From a bacterium (GTDB lineage Bacteria; Hydrothermota; UBA3072; JAPDKE01), in assembly GCA_029258725.1 (NCBI GenBank), contig JAPDKE010000019.1:11033-75032 (forward strand): a stretch of DNA of 64,000 nucleotides, read 5' to 3'. The notes beneath the pieces are model-generated. The model was not told the DNA's origin. It ran no database searches and saw only the letters and a program-made list of their open reading frames with translations. Position 1 is the stretch's first letter. Each line of letters begins with the position of its first letter. A program made the position numbers and the translations under genes. Of the stretch, positions 19,065 through 26,246 are shown piece by piece.

Positions 19065-20083
19065 GGAAATGGAGCGGGGGTGAAGGTTAAAATGAAAACA
19101 AGCAGGGAGAGAGCCCCTATTATTTTCTCCTTTTTCCCTATGTCCCTTATCAGGTCAAGGGGAGGTGGATGGAAGGGACGAAGTATGAAAAGAAGCAATG
19201 CCCATACAAACCATCCCTCCCACAAAAATCCAAGCCCGAGCAATAAGAAAAGAATAACACTGCTTATTATTCGGTGATGGCGCGGGAAGAGGGCATATAT
19301 GATGTGTCCTCCATCAAGCTGTCCATAGGGCAAAAGATTCATCGCGGTTATAAACAGCCCTATCCATGCTGCAAACGCAACAGGATGGAGCAGAATATCG
19401 TATCCTTCAGGAATATCTCCCCACACCAGTCTTCCAATGAGTTCAAATACAAGAGGAGTCCCTATTTTCAGTCCTCCCTCGGGAAGGGGCATGACCGATG
19501 AGAGTTTCATTCCAAGATATGCAAGAGGAAGTGCCGCAATAAACCCGGTTAAGGGACCTGCTGCCCCTATTTCAATAAGTGCCCTTCTATCCGGAATTGG
19601 AGAACGCAGTCTTATAACCGCACCAAAGGTCCCTATGAGGTGGGGAGCAGGAATAAAGAAGGGAAAACTTGCACGAACACCGTTTTTCCTCGCTGCAAGA
19701 TAGTGTCCGAATTCGTGTGAACCAAGAATAAAAAGAAGCGTGAAGGAAAAGGGAATTCCATGTAAGAATGCAGATGGAGAGGAAAAGGGATTCACACCAG
19801 CCCAGATGCATCCTGCTGTGAGGGTTGTAAACAGGGTTATCCCGAAGAGAACCCAGTGAAGAACCGGTTTTTCCTTAACATCTCCCCTCCCCTTCACTAT
19901 AACAACCACAACCTTCCCATCTTCTTTCCTCACAAAGGGAACAAATCCTGTCCCCTCAAGCCTCTTTCTCAAAACCTCCCCCACCTTCTCAGGAGGTATT
20001 AAGGGAATCCCCCTGTAAACCATGCTGAAATGGTTGAATTCGTGTTCTTCTATCTCTATTACATCACTTAAGAGTTCTTCCAT
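19061..20083 (-). CDS. site-2 protease family (peptidase M50) membrane metalloprotease
   Basis: 340 aa with HEFGHYLAARKNG (HExxH), multiple TM segments, and a later NLLPYGQLDGGHI motif. Confidence 0.85.
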   Translation of the reverse strand: MEELLSDVIEIEEHEFNHFSMVYRGIPLIPPEKVGEVLRKRLEGTGFVPFVRKEDGKVVVVIVKGRGDVKEKPVLHWVLFGITLFTTLTAGCIWAGVNPFSSPSAFLHGIPFSFTLLFILGSHEFGHYLAARKNGVRASFPFFIPAPHLIGTFGAVIRLRSPIPDRRALIEIGAAGPLTGFIAALPLAYLGMKLSSVMPLPEGGLKIGTPLVFELIGRLVWGDIPEGYDILLHPVAFAAWIGLFITAMNLLPYGQLDGGHIIYALFPRHHRIISSVILFLLLGLGFLWEGWFVWALLLFILRPFHPPPLDLIRDIGKKEKIIGALSLLVFILTFTPAPFP

Positions 20084-20084
20084 A

Positions 20085-20369
20085 TCACATCTGTGGAATC
20101 CATATAGTTTTTGCCTTTATAACCTCCGCCTCTCCTGGAAGATGAAGTGGCTGTTTTGAACGTGTGTAAAAGATAAAGCCTCTGTAAGAGGTGAGGTAAT
20201 GGTATGTAATCCCGAAGAGGCGGCTCTCGGATGTAACCACTATGGGTTCTTTTTCTTTTTCAAGTATCCTCATGAATTCATCAGGTCCAAGATAAACCAC
20301 CCCTCCCATCGCCTTGAGTGCGCTTGCCACAGGTGCTCCGGTTGCAGTACCCGGGACTCCTCCTATCAT
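20085..20369 (-). CDS. small conserved-looking hypothetical protein (94 aa, Gly/Ala-rich N-terminus)
   Basis: Start taken at the internal ATG 20369, preceded by aAGGAGGagaaa. The product begins MIGGVPGTATGAPVASALKAMGG... Its stop lies 1 nt before the M50 start. The longer 133-aa track ORF overlaps the divergent gene and has no SD. Confidence 0.45.
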   Translation of the reverse strand: MIGGVPGTATGAPVASALKAMGGVVYLGPDEFMRILEKEKEPIVVTSESRLFGITYHYLTSYRGFIFYTRSKQPLHLPGEAEVIKAKTIWIPQM

Positions 20370-20475
20370 TTTCTCCTCCTTTTTTTTAAATCTTAACGTT
20401 ATTCTCGGATTTTTCAAGCAGGAAAGGTTGACAGGTGTGCTTTTTCTGATAAACTCACGAAAAAAAGGAGGTGAG

Positions 20476-21363
20476 ATGAGAACCAATAGAGACAGACTGG
20501 TAAAGATTGCAGTTCAGGGAAAGATTGCATATCCCGTTAAAAGGGATACAACCCATGCAGTTGATGGAAACGGTGTTCCCTTTGCACTTCCTGGAATTGG
20601 GGGAATAACCTACAATGTGAAGGTTGGGGACTGTGTATCTGGATGGGCAGCAGACCATGTTGAGCCTGGCGTATCTTTAATTGTTGACGAGAAGGACCGC
20701 TCAGGTCCTCTGAACAGGGGATTTAACTTCTATGCATGTGTGGGGAATGAGGCAGTGGTGGTGAGTGGGGATGCAAAGGGAGGAAAGGGGGTGGTTATTG
20801 GTCATCATGGTGGGGCAGAGCATGTAATAGTGGACTTCCCCCAGGATGTTATTGAGAAACTCACATTTGACGACAAGGTTCTCATAAAGGGATACGGACA
20901 GGGGCTTGAATTGCTGGATTATCCTGATGTTAAGGTTTACAACCTGGACCCGGATCTGCTGGAAAAGATGGGAATTGAGGAAAAGGACGGGAAACTCAGG
21001 GTTCCTGTGGCTGCAAAGGTTCCGGGATATCTCATGGGTTCCGGGGTTGGAAGCCCGAGCACGGTCACGGGAGACTATGATATAATGACTCTTGACAGGG
21101 ATACCGTAAAGGAGTTCGGGCTTGATAAATTAAGATTTGGGGACTTTGTTGCCATAATGGACCACGATAATACTTATGGAAGGGCATGGAGGAAGGGTGC
21201 AGTAACCATAGGTATTGTCATTCACTCAGACTGCCGGTATGCCGGACATGGTCCTGGAGTAACGACCCTGATGAGCTCCGCAAAACCCATAATTGAACCT
21301 GTTATATCAGAGGATGCAAACATTGGAAAAATCCTTGGAATTGGAAAATGGAGGGAAGCATGA
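20476..21363 (+). CDS. conserved hypothetical protein (resembles the DUF4438 family)
   Basis: Start at ATG 20476, preceded by aaaGGAGGTGag. The product begins MRTNRDRLVKIAVQGKIAYPVKRD... (295 aa). The family assignment is from memory only. The track ORF start at 20314 overlaps the divergent gene. Confidence 0.5.
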   Translation: MRTNRDRLVKIAVQGKIAYPVKRDTTHAVDGNGVPFALPGIGGITYNVKVGDCVSGWAADHVEPGVSLIVDEKDRSGPLNRGFNFYACVGNEAVVVSGDAKGGKGVVIGHHGGAEHVIVDFPQDVIEKLTFDDKVLIKGYGQGLELLDYPDVKVYNLDPDLLEKMGIEEKDGKLRVPVAAKVPGYLMGSGVGSPSTVTGDYDIMTLDRDTVKEFGLDKLRFGDFVAIMDHDNTYGRAWRKGAVTIGIVIHSDCRYAGHGPGVTTLMSSAKPIIEPVISEDANIGKILGIGKWREA

Positions 21364-22241
21364 GAAACTTTGAGGAACTTCATAAACTTGCAAAAGAAAA
21401 GGGACCAAAAAAACTTGTTGTTGCATCTGCAGACCATAAAAATGTTATAGAGGCGGTGGTGAAGGCAAAGGAGAAGGGATGGGTTGACCCGGTTCTTGTG
21501 GGAAATAAAGAGTTCATTGAGGGAACCGGGATTGATGTATCCGGGATTGAGATAGTCCATAGGGAAACGGATAAGGAGGCGGTTATTGAGGCGGTGAAGA
21601 TTGTATCATCAGGGAATGGAGATATACTCCTGAAGGGATTTGTGAGCACATCAACCTTCTTAAAGGCTGTTCTTGACAAGGAAATAGGACTGAGAACAGG
21701 CAGGATTCTCTCCCACATTGCAGTTCTTCAGGTCCCTTCCTATCCAAAACTTCTCTTTATCACCGATGGAGGAATGAACATAAGACCTGACCTCAGGGGA
21801 AAAATTGAGATAGTCAAAAATGCAGTTGAATTCGCACAGAGGCTCGGGATTGAATATCCGAAGGTTGGATTGCTGGGTGCGATAGAGGCTGTAAACCCGG
21901 ATATGCCTGAAACGATGGATGCTGCCGAAATTTCAAAGATGAACGAAAGGGGACAGATAAAGGGATGCGTGATCGACGGTCCTCTTGCAATGGACCTTCT
22001 GGTTTCAAAGGAGGCGTGTGAGATAAAGAAGGTGAAGGGAGAGGTGTGCGGGGATGTTGACATAGTGGTTGTTCCTGACATTGTTTCTGGAAATGGTATA
22101 GCAAAGGCGCTCATATACCTTGCAGGGGCAAAGGCATGCGGGATTGTGTGGGGTGCAAGGAAGCCTGTTGTTATGCTTTCAAGGGCTGATGATGTTGAGA
22201 CAAAACTCAACTCCATAGCACTCGGGGTGGTTGCATCTTGA
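21360..22241 (+). CDS. ptb: phosphate butyryltransferase / phosphate acyltransferase (PTA_PTB family)
   Basis: About 293 aa, MRNFEELHKLAKEKGPKKLVVASADHKNVIEAV... with typical Ptb length and pattern. ATGA overlap with the preceding gene. Confidence 0.8.
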   Translation: MRNFEELHKLAKEKGPKKLVVASADHKNVIEAVVKAKEKGWVDPVLVGNKEFIEGTGIDVSGIEIVHRETDKEAVIEAVKIVSSGNGDILLKGFVSTSTFLKAVLDKEIGLRTGRILSHIAVLQVPSYPKLLFITDGGMNIRPDLRGKIEIVKNAVEFAQRLGIEYPKVGLLGAIEAVNPDMPETMDAAEISKMNERGQIKGCVIDGPLAMDLLVSKEACEIKKVKGEVCGDVDIVVVPDIVSGNGIAKALIYLAGAKACGIVWGARKPVVMLSRADDVETKLNSIALGVVAS

Positions 22242-24487
22242 AAGAGGCAATACTTCAGCATCTCTCCTCACTCCCCCCTCCTCTTTCTGTATTCTTAATC
22301 TCCACCCTCCCCATATTTGAACTGAGGGGAGGGATTCCTGTTGGAATAAATGTGTATCATCTTCCATGGTGGGAGACATTCATATTTGCCCTTCTTGGAA
22401 ATCTTTTCCCGGTTCCCTTTATCCTCTACTTCCTCCGTTTATTTCACAGGGTTCCCATCGTTAAAAGATATCTTGAAAGAACAAAGAGGAGGGGGGAATT
22501 GGTTGAAAAATATGAGGCACTCGGGCTTTCTCTATTTGTTGCCATTCCGCTCCCTGTAACCGGGGCATGGACAGGAGCCGCACTTGCTTTCTTATTCAAC
22601 ATCCGCTTCCCACTTGCCATGCTTGCAATAACAGGTGGCGTTTTCATGGCGGGGATTATTGTCACTGTGCTTTCCCTCATGGGTGTGTGGGGTGCTGTGA
22701 TTGCGGGATGTGCACTTTTTATCCTCCTTCTTTCCTGGTTCTTCAGGAAAAATTTAAGAGGTGCCATCCCCATCCTTCTTATTTTCCTTGCATGCACCCA
22801 TGCACCTCCGAAGGAGGTGAGGATAGGAAGGATAGAGTTTGAAGGGAATAAAAGCATTCCGGATAAGGAACTTGTGAGAATAATGAGGAGCAAACCCGGA
22901 AGTGTTTACGATGAGTGGGTCCTGAGGTCAGACATAAAGAGAATTATTGAGTATTACCGGAGCAAGGGTTTTTTTGATGCAAGGATAATTGAAAGAAGAG
23001 GAAAATTTGATGAGCGTTCAAAAAAGGTGAACTTTACATTCGTTCTTGTTGAGGGGATAAGAAGAAGGATAGGTAAAGTAAGAATAGAGGGGGGACTTTT
23101 TGATGAAAGGGAGATAAAGGAAAAAATACCTGTGAAGGAGGGGGAATTTTACGATGCAGGGAAAATAGGGCTTTCTGAGTATATGATAAGTGAACTCCAT
23201 GCGGAGAAGGGATATATAAATGCAGAGGTTTCGCTTGATATGGAAGAAAGAGGGATAATGGTTGACATCACTTACAGGATAAAGGAAGGAAAACCGGTTT
23301 ATGTGAGAGACGTGAGGATTGAGGGTCTTTCAAGAATTAAAAAAGAGACGGCAATGAGGGATATAGAGGTAAAAAAGGGAAGCCTCTTTCTTCCATCCCT
23401 TGCATATCATTCTCAGGAGAAACTCTATGGAAGAGGGGCATTTGCGGATGTGCACTTCACACTTGAGGACCTCACCGGGGATTCGGTAACCGTTGTTTTC
23501 CATGTAAAGGAGGCAAAACCAGGATGGGCAGCGTTCGGTGTAGGATATGAGACACCCGATAGATTGCTTGGTTCCTTTGAGACGGGTTATCTCAATCTCT
23601 TTGGTGGATTGCAGCGGGTTCTCTTCAATCTGTCCCTTTCATACGCCTTCAGGGGGGAGCACAGACTTGAGGGAGGGATAAGGTATGAGGAGCCATTTTT
23701 TCTGGGAACCGGTTTTTCTTTTGGATGCGGTATAACAGGAAAACTTGAAAAGGAAGAGGAGTATGCCCTGAGGATTTTCTCCCTTGACAGTGAGATTTCA
23801 AGAAAAATCGGGAACTGGAATTTTTCAGGCATTGTCAAAATAAGCCAGGCAAAACTTGATACAATCCTTGAGGCGCCCTCGGATACATTTCTCAGAACCA
23901 ACACAATTGAATTTCAGGGGTTGAGGGATGCAAGGGATGATCCCATATATCCCTCCTCCGGATACTATCTTTTTCTTTCCGGAAGCCAGGCAGGGGGATG
24001 GCTTGGAGGGGTTAATCACTTTTACCGATTGATATTTGATGCAGGAGTTTATAAAAAGATATCATCTGTGGCAGTTCTTGCACTCAGGGGAAAGACAGGC
24101 TTTACATTTCCCATGATGGACCCGGAAAAAATAACGGTTGATTCAAGGTTTGAACTTGGAGGAATAGGGAGCATAAGGGGTTATGATCCAGGGACCATAG
24201 GAGAACCGGACCCCAGGGGGAAAAAAAGCGGGATTGAATTGCTTTTATTTAACCTTGAATTGAGGTTTGAGTTTATGAGATGGGTTCTTGTTTTTTTTGT
24301 TGATACCGGTGGATTGTGGATGGATCCTCAGGATATTTCCTTAAACGATTTCAAACTCGGGACCGGGATTGCAGTTGGATGGAGAACCCCCCTTGGACCA
24401 ATAAGGATAGATTTTGGAAAGAAATTAACGGATGTTGAGCCAGGAGACCGGGGCAAGTTCTATCTTTCCTTTGGTCATCCCTTTTAG
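22238..24487 (+). CDS. fusion ORF: small-multidrug-export-type (COG2426) membrane module + Omp85/BamA-like POTRA and beta-barrel
   Basis: 749 aa in one frame. Residues 1-~170 read LSVFLISTLPIFELRGGIPVG...IPLPVTGAWTGAALAFLFN. The junction is KNLRGAIPILLIFLAC (signal peptide plus lipobox-like). Then RIGRIEFEGNKSIPDKELVRIM.. POTRA repeats and a barrel ending ..GKFYLSFGHPF. TTG start overlaps the ptb stop. Confidence 0.7.
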   Translation: MKEAILQHLSSLPPPLSVFLISTLPIFELRGGIPVGINVYHLPWWETFIFALLGNLFPVPFILYFLRLFHRVPIVKRYLERTKRRGELVEKYEALGLSLFVAIPLPVTGAWTGAALAFLFNIRFPLAMLAITGGVFMAGIIVTVLSLMGVWGAVIAGCALFILLLSWFFRKNLRGAIPILLIFLACTHAPPKEVRIGRIEFEGNKSIPDKELVRIMRSKPGSVYDEWVLRSDIKRIIEYYRSKGFFDARIIERRGKFDERSKKVNFTFVLVEGIRRRIGKVRIEGGLFDEREIKEKIPVKEGEFYDAGKIGLSEYMISELHAEKGYINAEVSLDMEERGIMVDITYRIKEGKPVYVRDVRIEGLSRIKKETAMRDIEVKKGSLFLPSLAYHSQEKLYGRGAFADVHFTLEDLTGDSVTVVFHVKEAKPGWAAFGVGYETPDRLLGSFETGYLNLFGGLQRVLFNLSLSYAFRGEHRLEGGIRYEEPFFLGTGFSFGCGITGKLEKEEEYALRIFSLDSEISRKIGNWNFSGIVKISQAKLDTILEAPSDTFLRTNTIEFQGLRDARDDPIYPSSGYYLFLSGSQAGGWLGGVNHFYRLIFDAGVYKKISSVAVLALRGKTGFTFPMMDPEKITVDSRFELGGIGSIRGYDPGTIGEPDPRGKKSGIELLLFNLELRFEFMRWVLVFFVDTGGLWMDPQDISLNDFKLGTGIAVGWRTPLGPIRIDFGKKLTDVEPGDRGKFYLSFGHPF

Positions 24488-24591
24488 TTCTCCTCATCAA
24501 GGGACTCAAAAAGTGGTGCAACGGACTCAAGAGGAATATCGTCCTCGCACTCAGGTGTGAGGATATCTATTCCACCAACGCTCACCTCCAT
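24484..24591 (-). CDS. candidate small acidic ORF (35 aa)
   Basis: aaAGGAGGTGggtATG, then MEVSVGGIDILTPECEDDIPLESVAPLFESLDEEN*. Lies 50 nt downstream of the 24642 stop and overlaps the convergent Omp85 stop by 4 nt. Support is only the strong SD. Confidence 0.25.
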   Translation of the reverse strand: MEVSVGGIDILTPECEDDIPLESVAPLFESLDEEN

Positions 24592-24641
24592 ACCCACCTC
24601 CTTTTCTTTTTAAAATAAAATACCCCTGAAATTTTTCAACC

Positions 24642-25779
24642 CTACTCGGGTCTTGGTGGAAGACCGGGAAGTTCTCCTCCTGAAAGCAGCATGTAAATAA
24701 GAATGCCTCCTCCTGCCAGCAGTCCTGCACCACCTGCATAGAGCCATAAATTTCTCTTCTTTCCGGAGAGTTTCACCTCATAGAATTTTCCCCTTTCGGG
24801 GTGATAAACCACATTCCCCGCGTCATCCAGAGCCTTTATTGCATAGTAAAGAACAGAAGTTTTAGTATATCTTTCAGGAATTAAACCGCAGTATTCATCC
24901 TCCTTCTTTTCCATCTCCACCCTCAGGGTTCTCTGCCTTTCTTTAATGAGGACATAAACCCCCTCAACCTTTCCATCATCGTAAACCCTCGCACACACCC
25001 TGAAAGGCTTCCCTGCAATTCCCCTCTTCACCGGAACATGTTCAACCACAGGTGGTGCCCCTCCTTTTCCTCCCTTCTTCACCAGGTCTCCTTCGGCAAA
25101 CTCTTTTTTTCTTCTCAAGGACCTCACAAACCGCTCCCTCCTCCTGAACGGTCTTGACCCTTATCCTTCCTATAACCTCCTCCTTCCTGAATATCACCCT
25201 TCCTTCTTTATTCCTCACAACACCTGTTATCCTCACAACATTGAACTCATCTCCAGGTGCAATCCCGAACCTGCTTCCCACATCAAGAACAGGGTCTTCT
25301 CCAAGAAAACCAACTATCTCAGGGGTGACCGGAATTCTCTTCTCTATCTCCCTCACTATCCCTTCCGCAACCTCTGGAAATTTTTCCTCGCTCTCAGCCT
25401 TTACGGGACCCATTTCAAAGATGATGCTTCCCAGTTCAACATCCACAAGCCTCACAGAAACAAGATACTTCCCCTCAACCTCTGATATGCTTCCCAGCAC
25501 TATCTTTTCTGCCCCAAGCATTCTTCCCATTTCAACGGTACATTCGGTTGATGTGCATCCGGAGAGCTGAATTGCCTGTTCTTTAAAGAGTTTTTCAATC
25601 TCTGAACGCTCAATGTTTATTATTCTGTCCGAATTGGTTAGGGCTGATGAAAGCGCCATGAGAAAGGCAGTTGCCACCTCCTCCTTCACATTCACCGGTT
25701 TTATGGAAAAAATTGCTATCCTCTGGCGTTCAAACCCGTAAAGCAAGATTGGAAGAAGGAAGATAATCAATCTTCGCAT
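24642..25779 (-). CDS. CsgG/LpoB-like periplasmic lipoprotein-domain protein with Ig-like domain and C-terminal TM anchor, split by a 1-nt frameshift (track ORFs 25042..25779 and 24642..25127)
   Basis: The N-terminal ORF has a signal peptide and ..ERSEIEKLFKEQAIQLSGCTSTECTVEMGRMLGAEKIVLGSISEVEGKYLVSVRLVDVELG. The frames switch at A7 (25104..25110). Dropping one A gives the continuous ..GAVCEVLEKKKEFAEGDLVKKGG.., whereas the ORF1 tail after the run (RVCRRRPGEEGRKRRGTTCG) looks out of frame. Confidence 0.5.
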
Positions 25780-26246
25780 TTTTCCTCCTTTCTTCTATCA
25801 AGCATGTCCCTGAGAATTATCTTCCTCAGGGTATCCTCAAGTTCCCTCTCTATCCTTTTACTGTATCCCTTAACCTGATATACAATCTCCCTTTTGCCGT
25901 TAAGAATGAAAAGCGTGGGTAAGTATTTAACCCCGTATTTTTCACTCACCTCCCCCTTCCAGTCCCAGAGGGGAATGTATGAAAACCCCTGTCTTCTCCA
26001 GAAAGCCCTTGCAGCACCTATGCTTCTTTTTGTATCAACGCATATTCCAAACACGATAAGATTGCTCTTTTTATATCTGACTGCAAGGGAATCAAGAAAT
26101 GGCATCGCCTTCTTACATGGGGTGCACCAGGATGCCCAGAAGTCAAGAACAACAACTCCCTTTTCCAGCGCGTCTTCAAGGGAATGATGAACACCGTCAA
26201 AGTCCTGGAGGACAAAAAGGGGTGCTGCTGATATTACAAATATCAT
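25767..26246 (-). CDS. thioredoxin-fold thiol:disulfide oxidoreductase (TlpA/redoxin-like)
   Basis: VVVLDFWASWCTPCKKAMP (CxxC). Start set at ATG 26246, which forms an ATGA overlap with the stop of the upstream 900-aa gene. Confidence 0.75.
   Translation of the reverse strand: MIFVISAAPLFVLQDFDGVHHSLEDALEKGVVVLDFWASWCTPCKKAMPFLDSLAVRYKKSNLIVFGICVDTKRSIGAARAFWRRQGFSYIPLWDWKGEVSEKYGVKYLPTLFILNGKREIVYQVKGYSKRIERELEDTLRKIILRDMLDRRKEEKCED

Noticed and set aside
20314-20486. N-terminal extensions of the two divergent ORFs (349-aa plus and 133-aa minus) that overlap each other
   Set aside because: Each extension is antisense to the other and lacks an SD. Both genes have internal ATGs preceded by strong GGAGG sites (20476 and 20369), leaving a sensible 106-nt divergent promoter region.
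21380-22261. Minus-strand ORFs of 112 and 173 aa antisense to ptb
   Set aside because: They are shadow ORFs opposite a well-supported PTA_PTB gene, with S/T/P/F-rich composition.
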